Both the position numbers and the translations under genes were made by a program. A DNA stretch of 64,000 nt, taken from positions 3,706,084 to 3,770,083 of the forward strand of contig MU056050.1 of assembly GCA_013239625.1 (NCBI GenBank), written 5' to 3'. The notes under the pieces are model-generated. The model was not told the origin of the DNA and ran no database searches. It saw nothing but the letters and a program-made list of their open reading frames with translations. The DNA comes from Lama guanicoe (Eukaryota). Below, piece by piece: positions 1-13,699 of the stretch. The stretch's first letter is position 1. Every line of letters starts with the position of its first letter.

Positions 1-585
1 TTAGAAATAGGGTTCTAGTTTGCAGTTACTAATGAAAAATGTATTTATATGTATAAATGACACTCTGTGCAAATATATTCTAAGTATAGGTAAAATTGCA
101 ACTTTAAAACAGCCTGTTATTAAAAAAATACAAGTTTTAAAGAAATAGAGCAGGAAATTAATCACAATTAGGTTTCAAATGAACATTAAGTATTCTACTG
201 TTTAAAAGTGCAGGTGATAATAATCTCAGCTTGTGGTGTATGATATTTCTGTGTATATCCTATTTTCAAAACAGAATTTTAAAACAGTAGATTAAAGACA
301 TACTTCTTGTTTTTAAGAGCAAAATGCTCTTTGATGCCATTGCACTGGAACACCAAGCTGTTTTATCTGGGTTCTTTCAAATATAAATCCAGTATAACAC
401 ATGCAATGTACTATTTGTGCTACCAAAGGAGTCCTTCATGGATGGCAGAACTTAAGGATGGGGTTTCTATAACATGATTCAATTCACAAAAATATAACTT
501 GAACACAAGCATTTAGAAATACCACTGTTTTATATAAAGAGGAATGTTACATGAGCTAATAATGAGAACTAACTATAGCACAGAG

Positions 586-796
586 CAGGGTAGGCAAAGT
601 TTTTCTGTAAAGAACCAGATAGTAAATACTTTAAACTTTGTAGGCCATTTGGTCTAGTAATAACTACTCACCTCTGCCATTGTGCAATGAAAGTAGGCCT
701 AGATAATATGAATAAGTGTGGCCATATTTGAATAACACTTTAATAAAAACAGATGATGAATCAATTTGGAACTGGGCCATAGTTTGCTAACCTCTG
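586..796. mobile_element. MER58A-like hAT-Charlie non-autonomous DNA transposon
   Basis: Imperfect terminal inverted repeats CAGGGTAGGCAAAGT / AGTTTGCTAACCTCTG; internal TTTTCTGTAAAGAACCAGATAGTAAATA and ACTACTCACCTCTGCCATTGT resemble the MER58A consensus as recalled. Confidence 0.8.
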
Positions 797-819
797 TGGA
801 CTCTGTTTCTCCTAAGCCC

Positions 820-895
820 ACTAACTAAAGTGCAGAATGTTAATAAATGAGTTTGTGAATGGATGAATGAAAGAATGAATAAATAAATAAATAAG
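820..895 (+). mobile_element. L2 3' end remnant with (TGAA)n/(TAAA)n tail
   Basis: AATAAATGAGTTTGTGAATGGATGAATGAAAGAATGAATAAATAAAT is a typical L2 terminus. Confidence 0.55.
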
Positions 896-1329
896 TTAAT
901 CTACACTGAAATTAAAGACTACCTAGTTAAGACATTCTGTTGTGAAGTTGGTTGGTTAAAATAGGCAAAGTTTAGGTTTTGATTGCTGTTAAAATGGACA
1001 TGACAAACATGCATTTGGATCCTAGAAAAAAAAATCTAATTAAACATAGTACTTTGGAAATTTCCTTTAATTCCATAGGAATTAAAATAATATTCCCAGA
1101 TAATTCTTTATGTTTTCTATCAGTCAAGATGAGGCTTGCATAGAAGTGACATTAGCAAGATGGCAGAATAGTAAGCATTAGACCTTTCTTCCTTTCACAG
1201 AGATACCAGTTTCCTTTGTGAGACGGTTAAGAGATTCCTGCATCCCAGGCGAGTGTGAAACTGGCTACACTGAAGCCAACAGGAATATTCATGTTACCTT
1301 CTCACATATTCTCTCCCTGTACAGTGCCA

Positions 1330-2000
1330 TACCATTTGGAGGACATTCCCAGCTTCTGGCTCCTCCCTTGGGAGGAAAAGAGGAATCATATGTCCAACAT
1401 TCTGACATTTTTAGGGGGCTGCCCAAGATACTGGCTTCTGTCTCACCTCTCTTGGAGCGTTGATGGGATCCATCATGCTTTAGATGTATGGGGGCCGCTG
1501 AGACTAAAAAACAAAACAAAACAAAAACAAAATCTGGGCAGCATGTTGCTGCTCCAGCAGATTTGCAGTATAGAAGAAAAGTTCAGTACAGCTCAACAGC
1601 CTCTCCCTCAGGGGGAAAGAGAAAAGTGGAATATTCTGGCTTTTTTAGGGGTGGCCCGAAGGACAGGTATCTGTCTCACCTCTGTCAAAAGATGGACAGG
1701 ACCTGACATACCCTAGATGCCTTAGGGCACTGAGAACAAAAAAGAGCTGAACTCATGCTGCTGCTCCAAAGGACCTGTGGTAAATTAGATGATAATACAG
1801 CTGTGGCATTTCCCTCAGTGGGGAAAGAGAAGAGTGGAGCAAGTGTACAATGTTGTGGCTTTTTGGAGAGCTGACGAGGAACGTATTCTGTCTCACCCAG
1901 CAGAGGATGTAGGACTGAGCATATCGTCCGGGAGCCACTGAAAACAAAAAAAGAGGTAGGTGGTGTTTTGCTGCTTCATAGTCCAAAAGGACAGCAGACA
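1330..2000 (+). repeat. Three diverged ~220-230 bp monomers in the L1 5' UTR
   Basis: Anchor CTGTCTCACC recurs at 1438, 1671 and 1888, each preceded by a similar TG(A/G)C-T-run-G-rich block and followed by C(C/A)CTGA-A-run sequence. Confidence 0.75.
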
Positions 2001-5000
2001 GACACCAAAGTTAGCAAAAGATAGCAAGCTCCTGAAAAAAGACACTGGCAAATCCCTCTGATAAGAAATCTACACACACAAGATTAGAGAAGACACATCC
2101 ACAGAAAAGATTGGAGAGGCTTCCCAAATTTCTAGTTGGGCTAACTGATCCTTAGCCTGGATCTTTCCCTGTACAAAGTCAGTCTGTAAATCCTGAGAGC
2201 TGGCTCTTTCTTCAAATGTATGGATACTGACACAAAATTACAAAAAACACAAAGAAATGGAAAAATTATCCAAAGGAACAAAATGAATCTCCAGAAACTG
2301 ACCCTAAAGAAATGGAAGTGTGTGAATTACCTGACAATTTAAAATAACCTTCATGAAGATTCTCAGTGAGTTCAGGAAAACATTGTGTGAACAAAATAAG
2401 AATTTTAGTAAAGAGATAGAAAATATAAAAAAGAACCAAACAAATTTTGGAGCTAAGAATACAATAAATGAACTGAAAAATTCACTAGAGGGGTTTGGAG
2501 TAGACTTGATCAAGCAGAAGAAATAATCAGTGAACCTGAAGGCAAGTCATTTGAAATTATGCAGTCAGAAGAGCAGAAAAGAAAAAAAGAATGAAAAAGG
2601 GTGAAGAAAGCCTAAGGGACTTATGAGACATCACATTTTAGGAGTGCCAGAAGGAGAAGACAGAGAAAGGGGCAGAAAGCTTCCCAAATCTGTGGAAGGA
2701 AGTGGACATCCAGATTCAAGAATACCACTGGACCCTAAAAGGAGAACACACTGAGACACTTTATAATCAACTGTCAAGATTCAAAAACAAAGAGAGACTG
2801 TCAAAAACAGTAAGAGAAAAGTGATTCAGCATATGCAAGGAAACCTCCATAAGACTGTCAGTGATTTTCTCAGCAGAAACCTTACAGGCCAGAAGGGAGC
2901 AGGATGATGATAATCTTTCAAAGTTCTGAAAGAAAAAAACCTGCCAACCAAGAGTATTACACCTGGCAAAAACGTATTTTAAAAATGAAGAAGAGATAAA
3001 GACATTCTCAGACAGACAAAATCTGAGGAAGTTTATCACTAGACTTGCCTTACAAGAAGTGCTAAAGAGGATCCTTCAAATTGGAACAAAAATATGATGA
3101 AAAGCAACATAAAGCATATGAAAATATAAAGCTCACTGGTTAAGGTAAATAAATATACAAACAAATACAGAATATTGTAATATTATAACAATACTGCATA
3201 TATCACTTTTAATTCTGGCATAGAAGTTAGATGTATAAAAAATAACAAACTATACAAATATGTTAATGAATACACAATATAAAAAGATGTGAATTGTCAC
3301 ATTACTAACATAATGTGTTGAGAGGGGAGCAAAAATGGAGAGTTTTTGTATGCAATTGAACTTAAATTGCTGTCAGTTTAAAATAAATTGTAATTGTTGT
3401 AACTTTAAGATGCTTTGCGTAATTTGCATGGTAATCATAAAGAAAATACCAGTAGAAAATATGCAAAAGGAAAAGAGAAAGGAATCAAAGTGTATCACTC
3501 CAAAAAAAAAAAAAATCAGGGAGACAATGGAAGACAGCAAGAGAGGAAAAGACAGACAAAAGAATGACAAGACTAACAGAAAACAGTTAACAAAATAGCA
3601 ATAGTCAATAGTAATAGTAAAATTCTTCACTGTTAATAATTACTTTAATTGTAAATGGATTAATCTCCCCAATCAAAAAACATGAACTGGTTGAATGAAT
3701 AAAAAAACAAGGTCCAATTCCATGCTGTCTACAAAGAGATGAAGAGACTCACTTCAGACTTAAGGATACCCATACTTGTAAGTGAAAGGATGGAAAATGA
3801 TATTCCATGGTTATGGCAACCAAAAGTAAGCAGAGGTGGCCACACTTATATCAAACAAAATAGATTCCAAGTAAAAAACTGTCATAAGAGGAAAAAAAGG
3901 ACATTATATAATGATAAAAGGGTCAGTGTCCCCAGGAAGATATAACAATTCTAAATATATATGCACTGAGCATCAGAGTATCTAAATATATGAAGCAAAC
4001 ATTAGCAGAACTGAAGGGAGAAATAGACAGCAACACAATAATAGTAGATTTCAGTATCCCACTTTCAATAATAGAACATCCAGACAGAAGGTCAGTAAGG
4101 AAACAGAGGACTTGAATAGTACTACATACCAAACGGACCTGACAAACATGTAAAAAACAACCCACCCACCAGCAGAATACCCACTGTCAAGCACATATGG
4201 AACATTTCTCCAGGATAGATCACATGTTAGATCACAAAACAAGTCTTAACAAATTTAAGAAGATTAAAATCATACCAAGTATCTTTTTCTAAATACAGTA
4301 GAATGAAAACTAGAAATCAATAGTGGAAGAAAAATGAAAATTCAAAATATGTCAAAATTAAACTCTTGAACAACCAATGGATCAAAGAATAAATCAAAAG
4401 GAGAATTAGGAAATACCTTGAGACAAATGAAAATGATAACACAACATACTAAAACTTATGGGATGCAGCAAAAGCAATTTAGCAGTAAGTTTATAGCAAT
4501 ATATGTCTACAATAGGAGAGAAGGAAAATCTCAAACAACCTAACTCTGTACCTCAGAGAAATAGCAAAAGAACAAACTAAGCCCAAAGCTGGCAGACAGA
4601 AGGAAACAGCAAAGATTAGAGTAGAAATAAAGAAATTAGAGAATAGAAAACAATGGAAGAAATAGTTAAAAAAACTGACAAAACTTTAGTTAGATTAAGA
4701 AACACAGAGGACTCAAAATCAGAAATGGAAGAGGAGACATTACATCTAATGCTGTAGAAATATTTTTAAAAAGCATTAAGAAAGAATACTATGAAAAATT
4801 ACACACCAACAAATTGGACAATCTAGAAGAAGTTGATAAACTCCTAGAAACGTTTCACCTACCAAGACTGAATCATAAAGAAATAGAAAATTTGAACATT
4901 GCTATAACTAGTAAGGCAATTGAATCAGTAATCAAATATCTCCCAAAAGAGAAAAACCCAGGACCAGATGACTTCACCCGTGAATTCTACCAAACATTTA

Positions 5001-5299
5001 AAGAATTTATGCCAGTTTTCTCAGACTCTCCAGAAAAGCTGATGAGGTAAGAATATTTCCAAACTCATTTTATGATGCCAGTATTAGCCTGATACCAAAG
5101 CCAGAAATAAAAACAAACAAACAAACAAAAACACTAGAAGAAAAGAATACCATGGGCTGGTATACCTTATGAATACAGATGCAAAAATTCTCAAGAAAAT
5201 AACTATCAAACTGAATTCAGCAGTACATTAAAGGGATCATGCACTATGATCAAATGGGATTTATCCCTGTGATGCCAATGACTATTTAAAACCGTACAA

Positions 5300-5735
5300 A
5301 AAGAAATTTTATACTAAATTCTAAAACTTCATTATTTTTCTTCTTCTTCAAAATCCCCACACTCAGGCTGTTTGTACCCTGTCCAGGTGACCAGGTGCAC
5401 TAGTGTAATATGGCTGGCTCCTGCTTCAAGTTCCCCTTTTACCCTTCCCTAGCTATAACATTCAAACACACCAATGAAATCACCTCATGGCTTTTGTTTG
5501 TGTAGTCCATCCAGACCCCTCAATAAAGGCACTTGACCGTGGATTCTTGCTTTTCTCTCAGCTCCTACCTGCTTAGTTGGGTCGGCTCTCTTGGTGCTCA
5601 CCCTGTGTGGTGCTCTCATGGAATGCAGTGAGTCTGCCTCTCTAGGGCTTGTGAGTATAATACATTTTGTTTTCCTGCACCCCCCTTGTGTCTTCTTCTT
5701 GTGGCAAAACCAGTCTCATGAAAGAATACAAAACA
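5300..5735 (+). mobile_element. Solo LTR (MER74-like, ERVL class) nested in L1 ORF2
   Basis: L1 ORF2 stops near 5300 and resumes near 5736 (TCCATCAGGGTGATACACCAC); insert has CCTCAATAAAGGCA and CTCTCTAGGGCTTGTGAGTATAA, and ends in CA. Left boundary uncertain. Confidence 0.65.
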
Positions 5736-8700
5736 TCCATCAGGGTGATACACCACATTAACAGAATGAAGCATAAAAATAACATAATCATCTCAATAGA
5801 TGCAAAAAAAAAAAAAAGCGTGGTCAGATTTCAAACCCCTTTCATGATTAAAACATTCAACAGACTAGGAATGGAAGGAGATTACCTTAACATAACAGAG
5901 GCTATGTATGAAAAGCCCAAAGCTAACATCATACTCAATGGCAAAAAACTAAAAGGTTTTCCTTGAAGATCAGGATCAAGGTAAGGATGCTTGCTCTCAT
6001 GGCTTCAATTTGATATAGTACTAGAAGTCCTAGCCAGAGGAATTAGGCAGGAAAGAAATATTTCCAATTTTCCAAATTGTAAAGGAAGTGGTAAATTTAT
6101 ATCTGTTCATAGGTGATATGATCTTATATGTAGAAATCCCTAATGATTCCACAAAAAATGTTGTAACTAGTAAATGAATTCAGTAAAGTTGCATCCTATA
6201 AAATCAACATAAAAATCAGTTGTGTACACTGATACACTAACAATGAACAATTGTGTACACTGGCTGATACACTAAAATGAATAATCAGAAAAAAGTTAAA
6301 GCAGTCTCAGAGTAATATCAGAAGAATAAAATACTTAGGAATAAACTTAATGAAGGGGGCAGAAAACTTGTACACTGAAAACTACAAAATATTGATAAAA
6401 GAAATTAAAAGCAGATAAAAATAAATGAAAAGATGTTCCTTATTCATGGATTGGAATAATTAATACTGTCAAAATGTCCATACTACCCAAAATAAGCTGC
6501 AGAATCAGTGCAATCCTTATCAAATCCCAATGGCATTTTTTTAAGAACAGAAAAAAAATCCTAAAATACGTAAGAAACCACAAAGGACCCCGGATAGCCA
6601 AATCAATCCTGACAAAAAAGGACAGAGTTGGAGGCCTTGTCCTTCCTGATTTCAAAATATATTACAAGGCTATAGTAATCAAAACAATATGGCGCTGGCA
6701 GAAAAACAGACATGTAGTCCAAAGGAACATAATAGAAAGCCCAGAAATAACACCACACATAGGATTAAATGATCTTTGACAGGGGTGCTAATAATACATG
6801 ATGCAGAAGGGACAGTTTCTTCAACAAATGGTGCTAGGAAAACTAGATATCCACATATGAAAGAATGAAATTGGATCTTCACAAAAATTAACTTGAAATC
6901 AATTGAAGACTTAAATATAAGACTTGAAACTGTGAAACTCCTAGAAGAAAACATAGGGGAAAAGCTCTCTGACATTGTCTTGGTAATGATTTCTTTGATA
7001 TGACATGAAAAGCATAAACAACAAAAGCAAAAATACACAAGTGAGACTATATCAAACTAAAACATTTCTGCACAACAAAGAAAACAGTGAAAAGGCAACC
7101 TATGGAATGGAAGAAAATATTTACAAACCATATATTTGTTAAGGGGTTAAATATCCAAAATGTATAGGGAACTCCTATGACTTAACATAAAAACATAGAC
7201 CCAATTAAAAAATGGGCAAACAACTTCAATAGACGTTTCTGCAAAGTAGAGACGTAAATGACCAACAAGTATATGAAAAGATGCTCAACATCACTAATCA
7301 TTAGGCAGATGCAAATCGAAAGCTCAATGAGATATTACCTCATACCTGTTATAATGGCTATTATAAAAAAAAAACCCAGAAAGTAATCAATATTGGTGGG
7401 AATGTGAAGAAATTGAAACACTTGTGCAGTGGTGGTGGGAATATAAAATGTTGCAGCTGCTATGGAAAAAAGTATGGAGCTTCCTCAAAAAAATTAAAAA
7501 GAGAACTGCCATGTTACCCAGCAGTCTCACTTCTGGGTATTCAAAAACATTGAAATTGGAATCTTCAGGAGATACTTGCACTCCCATGTTCATTGCAGCA
7601 GTATTCACAATAACCAAGAGGTGGAAACAACCTAAATGTCCATCGATGGATGAACAAATAAAACATGGTCTATGAACACAAAGGAACATTATTTAGACTT
7701 AAAAGGAAGAAAATTCTTTCATTTGTTACAACATGGATGAACCTCAGGAAAATTATGCTAAGTGAAATAAACCAACATAGACAAATATTGTTTGATTACA
7801 TTTATATGAGGTATCTATAGTAGTCAAACTCATAGAAGCAGAAAGTAGAATGGTGCCTGTTGGCAACCTAGGGGAGGAGGAAATGGGGAGATTCTTTCAG
7901 TGCAGATAAAGTTTCAATCATACAAGATGAAAAATTCTAGAGATGCTGTAAAACATTGTGCTTACAGTTAATAATAATACACCGTACATTTAAAAACTTA
8001 AGAGGGTAAATTGCATGTATTTCTAATAATAATAATTTAAAAAATGAAGCTCCCATGGATCAATTACTGTGATGGAGAATTATTTCTTCTTGACTCTTCC
8101 AATAGGAGAATAATGTTTTTGTCATACGAATATTCTTGTAACACCAAGAAGAAAAATTTTAAATAGAACACATTTCCTTAAAAAGAGAGAGCTGAATCTC
8201 TTTCCCTCTCTCTTCCCTCCTCTTCTCCTCCTCCTCTCTCTCAGTACCAGAACCTTTAATATCTATAACTGCAGAGAGTAGAGCAAACATCAGACTTGTC
8301 TCTTTTGTAGAGAAACAGTAATCCTTGTAGTGCACACTATTTTAAATGTGCTATCTTAAATTTCCATAAATAATTTTTTCAGTTTTGAAAATCAGACTCA
8401 CTTGATTATAGTAACGTCACACATCACCATTTATTGCACAAATGACAAGCTTGACATTTTAAAACAAAATTGTTTTGAATCATTCAGCAGTGAGAAAAGC
8501 ATATAAATAATTTCGTAGTGAGTAGAATATGTATTTTAGGCCAGACTCACTACAAAATGGTGACGTATTTTTCTAAAACTTTTTAAAATAAAATGGACAG
8601 TTAGGCTAAGAACAACCATGAAAACTTTTACCTTCACAAATCTTTCTGTGAGAAATGAAAGCCTTAAAATTAGTTGCCCTTTTAGCCTTAATTATAGCAT

Positions 8701-9009
8701 TCAATGTGACACTTTATTTTCTGACATGACACATATTTAAATGTTTTTATGTTAATTCCCTTTTATAACCGAGTCTTGAGTTATTTAAGAAACAACTGTG
8801 ATAACAAATGTCCTGGAACTAAGGACTGACAGCACAATTTAAAGGAAATGAAAGTGTCAAACCAGTATTTTCACCACTAGGTACTAATCTTCAATTATGC
8901 AACTTTTAAGCTGCAAGAGTGTATGCTATGTCCATTGTTTATATTGGTCAGATATAATGTCTTTATTAAGAGTGTGTGCATGTTTTATGTTACTAGGAGA
9001 AATATTCTC

Positions 9010-9800
9010 ACCTGAATGTTTGTTTATTCATTCAGTAACACTTTACTATGGGCCTAATGTGTTCAGTCACAGAATTAGAGATACAGATACAAAATATAAA
9101 GTCAGAGTCTTCAAGGCATTTGGTCTAGAGGTTACAGTTCATGCATAAGCTAATGGTTCCAAGTGACAGTTGATAATGAAATATATAACAAGTTGTGACA
9201 CTAACATCTAAATAAGGTAAAACAGAGGAAACAATTGTATAATTGCCATATAGAACTGGTAAGCTTTCATTCAACAGACATTTATGATGTTTAAAGTACT
9301 AGAAAGAATGAATGAGTGCATGACATGTCTCTGCCTTCAGGGAGTACATAATGTAATGGGGATGGGGGAAACACTTGGTAAAAACTATAATACAAGATAG
9401 AACAAAATAAGGTGAAATAAGTTTTACAGTAGTGGTATGAAAAGCTGATGTAGAGTGCAGAGGAAGAAATAATTAATACCAAGTGGATGGGAAAACCTTT
9501 GTGGAGGGAATGAAAGTTCGGTTGAGCCATGAATATTGCCTTTTTGATAAAAAGAGAAGGGAGAAATAGGCATTCCATACCAGATCTATGACAGAAGTGA
9601 TGAGGCCTGAAAAGACATGGCTTACTGTGGCTAGAGCGTAGGATGTATGTTAGGATGTAGACATCGATGCAGCTAGGAGGTTCATTTAAGGCTTATATAA
9701 TATGATTTGCAAATAAGACCCTAAATATCAATGATAGGAAGTTTGAATTTCATTCTGTAGGCAATGTGATGTTGACTGAGTGAAATAGAAAAGAAAGAGC
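9010..9800 (-). mobile_element. L2 fragments
   Basis: TTTATTCATTCA / TTCATTCAACAGACATTTA termini followed by CTCTGCCTTCAGGGAG and purine-rich body typical of antisense L2. Confidence 0.55.
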
Positions 9801-10018
9801 AGTGAAGATTTTTAGAGCAGTTTCCAAAAATGTTACTTTTAGGTCCTTTTTGTTCACTTCAAAGTAATGGTACTATATGGACTAAGGTCTTGAATGTTCT
9901 ACAGCAGCAGGTTTATACAGCAAATGCTTCTGTGATCCCTCCTCTGTACATCAGCATTCCATACCTCTGATATAATGTTCATTTTTATTTTCCCTTGTAT
10001 TATACTTATTTTTAATAT

Positions 10019-11097
10019 ATGTATCTCCTCCATGCTAGATTTATTGAAATATAATTCATACTATACAATTCACCTCTTTAAAAGTTTGAAGTTCAGTTGT
10101 TTTTAGTATATTCACAGATGTGCAACCATCACCACAGTCAATATTAGAACATTATTATTGCCACAAAAAGAAACTCCCATACCCTTTAGCTATCATTCCA
10201 GCATCCCCCATCCTCCTCTCCCCTAGCCCTAAGCAACCACTAATCTACTTTCTTCTGTCTTTGTACATTTCCCTGTTCTAGACATTTCTTATGAATGGAG
10301 TCATATAATATGTGGTCTTTTGTGACTGGCTTCTTTTATTTAGCATGTTTCCAAGACCCCTTATATTTAAGCATGAACCAGAACTTTGTTTCTTTTATGG
10401 CAAAATAATATTCCACAATCTGGAAAATTCATTTATAATGATTTTTTTAATCCATTTGTTAGTTGATGGGCATTTCAGTCATTTCCATCTTTTGGCTATT
10501 ATAAATAATATTGCTGTCAACATTTGTATACAAGTTTTTGTGTGGGCATATGCTTTCATTTCTCTTGGGTATATGTCTAAGAGTGGAATCACAGGGTCAC
10601 ATCACTATATTTATCATTTGAGACACTATCAGTCTGTTCTCAAAAGTGACTGCACTATTTTTTATGGTGCGCTAAAACTGCTAAAGGGTTTTAATTTCTC
10701 TAAATCATTGCCAACACTTGTTATTATCTGACTTTTTGACTCTAGCCATCCTAGTATGTGTGAAGTGGTATTTTATTAATGGCATTGTTTTGCATTTCCA
10801 TAATGGCTAATGATACCATTTGTTCATCTTCCTTGGAGAAATGTCTGTTCTAGATCTTTCCCCATTTTTAGTTGGGTTATTTGTCTTTTATTATTAAATT
10901 GTAAGTGTTCTTATATATTTAAGATACAAGTTGCTTATATAATATGATTTGCAAATAGTTCCCTTATTGTGGGTTATTTTTTTACCTTCTTGGTGGTGTT
11001 CTTTGAAGGACAAAAGTTTTTAATTTTGATAAAGTCAGGTTTAACTGTGTCTTTTTTGGTTTTTTTTTTTTGTTGTTGCTCATGCTTTGGTGTCATA
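10019..11097 (-). mobile_element. L1 3' fragment (L1MB-like)
   Basis: Starts TTTATTGAAATATAATTCATAC; 3'UTR plus ORF2 C-terminal sequence read antisense (ORF 10312-10731 is its antisense frame). Confidence 0.85.
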
Positions 11098-11250
11098 AAT
11101 TACTTAAATTTGATGCATTTCAGTGTTGTCATCTGTAACATTGTAATGATTATGCTATCTCAAAGGATTGTTAGAATTAAATGAATGTAAGCACTTATAA
11201 TAATACTTGACATATAGTAAGTCCTGATTAAATGTTATCTGTCACTATTA
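11098..11250 (+). mobile_element. MIR SINE remnant
   Basis: TTACTTAAAT...CAGTGTTGTCATCTGTAACAT...GGATTGTTAGAATTAAATGA...GACATATAGTAAG matches the MIR core and tail. Confidence 0.65.
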
Positions 11251-13029
11251 ATGTTATTTTAATATTACATAGAACAGCCAAAACAGTGCATGGCACACAG
11301 TAGGGATTCAGTAATGTTAACTCTTATTATGTAACAGGAATTTCCTGTATCTGATAAATAATAAAATATTCATTGAGCAGAAAATAAATGTAAATATTTG
11401 GAGAGGAAAGATTTTTAGGGTACAAGATCCATTTTATTTAAAAAAACAAAGATTAAAAGGGCACAATGCTAAATATTTTACCTAAAGTTCTTTATATTAA
11501 AGAATAAAACTGGGACAGTGATGAATAGTTTAAAATTTTCTTTTAATATGGTGCCTTTTATTCTATCTTTACTTCTGACTTGGGTGATCATCAGGGATAA
11601 TTTGGATTTTATGATAATGGAGGAAATGGCAAGTCATTTGTGAAATATTATGGCAATAACGGCTTTGTACTAAAGATAACTCCTTTATCTTCTCCAAAGT
11701 AATGTGATGTGTCAGTAAATGTAAAGTAAAAAGACATACATATTTGTTTATGCAACAACCTTCAGGGAAGCTCACCATGCATAATAATAAAAACTTTAGT
11801 AATTTCCATTTAGACAAAAGAAATTTAGAAAAATGTATCAAAATTTCTTTCTGTTTTTCTTCAGTTTTAGTCTTAAACATGTGTGCTCTATAGATAAACA
11901 TTCATTCAAATGAAAATATAATTGTGTCAATGTGAAAAAAAATTTGCAACCAGGAGAAATGAATGTGTAAATTATATACACAGGACAGAAAGATGGAAAT
12001 GGAAGATTCATAGCTAAAGAAGAAATCGGAATTCTTATTAAAGAGAGACCAATTATTAACTCATTGATTATGTTTGTATTTATGTTTCCTTTGTCCACCG
12101 TAATTCTTAATTACCCATCACAAGTCTCCTTGTTTATTATAGCATTAATTGCTATCAGTGACAGTGTTTCTGAATATTATAACTACGTGAAAATTGCACA
12201 CTTGCTTTCTCAGTCTGGGCTCTCCTCATTATCAGAGTAAACAAAATGGCTTTGAGGAGACTTCCTGAGCTAAGGAGTGATTATTTTTATACCTTTAGTA
12301 ATAATTTAATACCAGGGCTTTGGTATCAAGTAAAGCTGAATCTTTGTGAAGAGAGATTGGGATCTGATTTTGTAAGTTTTGGTATCGCTGACTGGAAGGG
12401 AAAAGGCCAAAGATATCCCTACTTCTGCTCTTGGCTATCTCACTAGGGAACTTTGAAGAGATTGTTCATTCTCTAACTGTTCTTCAAGCCAGAGGATCAG
12501 AGCAGGAGATAAGGTTTTTTCACCTCAGTTTATAGGACATTTGGTAGCTTTTTATTTGCTTTAATTTTTCTTTGTAATGACAAAGGGCTTTGCTTAGTTC
12601 TTAGTGTCCCTTCTTACCATAATGGAATTAATGTTATCATATTGGATTTAATGTTACCAGTAGCCTTTCATTTATTCATTAACTTACAGAAATATTTCCA
12701 ACTCCTTAATTTTCATGCTTTTTTGAATGGAGATGAGGAAGTGCCAGCACAATGGGTAGAGCTCCAAATGAGGCCCCTTTCCCTTTGACTCTCTCTACAG
12801 GGGCACTTTTATAATACTGAGATGCATCTCTTTTCCCACTTCGAGATGGACCTCAAGAAAGGTTCTAGCTCTATGTCTAAAGTCACATGCCTTGACAACT
12901 TTGCAAAGTTGTAAGCTAAAATATACCCCAAATCGGACCCCAGGATAACTCAGAAGAACTGCTAGCAGATTATTCTTTTTTGTCTCTTTAATAAAAATTT
13001 ATTAACTGAGATCTTTTATTCACTTATCA

Positions 13030-13550
13030 AAGATACAGAGATGAGTAAGTCATCTTCTCTGCCATCAAGGGGCTTTTGCCTTAATGGGGGGAGATAATGT
13101 GTAAATAAATACAATGGGTGATCTAAGTGCAGAGATAGAAATATGTGTAGGTACAGTAGGGTACAAAGAGAAAGTGGAGAGTACTATCTAGGTGGGGGAT
13201 AAAGGGAGGAGGAAAGGATTTCCAAGTAACATGCTTTCCCCTATTTTATGCAATGCCATCTTGTTTATTATCTGTATGGCAAATTTCCACTACTGCTCTT
13301 AGAGTCAACTCAGTTTTTCTCTCTTCTAAGAAAATTTCCCTGACTCCTCCCTGCTCACTCTTCTACGTTCCCAGCTGCCCTTTATATTCCTCCATTAAAG
13401 TAATTATTATGTTGTAAGTTTATATTTACCCTGCGTTCCATGAACGTAAACTGTAACCTCATTGAGGGCAAGAATCATGTTTTCAAACCATGTACCACTA
13501 AATTCTATCCACTTGAAATGAGTAGTCAGTAAATATGTATTCAGTGATTC
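13030..13550. mobile_element. Two L2 fragments in opposite orientation
   Basis: CTCTGCCATCAAGGGGCTT... (minus) and CTGTAACCTCATTGAGGGCAAGAATCATG...CAGTAAATATGTATTCAGTGA (plus). Confidence 0.55.
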
Positions 13551-13699
13551 AAACACTTAAATACCAGCATTGCTTCAGTTAAAAAACACTTATGCTAAGT
13601 TTGGCAGATTAAAGATAACTACAAATTACTTGACATTCCTCTCTTTAAATGTGGACTGGCTTATGATTGTTTTGATGAGCAGAATATGATGGCTTAACC

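Larger units (their letters stand above)
1142..8040 (+). mobile_element. Near full-length decayed LINE-1 (old L1M type, L1MB1/2-like 3' end)
   Basis: 5' start AGAAGTGACATTAGCAAGATGGC; ORF1 remnant ~2290-3080; long inter-ORF spacer; ORF2 remnants in ORFs 4814-5050, 5667-5966, 6474-6779 and 7424-7675; RT motif decayed to LFIGDMILY (6103-6129); degraded TSD AAGATGAGGCTTGCAT (1126-1141) / AAAATGAAGCTCCCAT (8041-8056), 12/16 identical. Many stops and frameshifts. Confidence 0.93.

Noticed and set aside
1255..1716. 153-aa ORF as a novel protein
   Set aside because: Lies within the decayed L1 5'UTR monomers, starts at a non-ATG codon, and has no recognisable domain.
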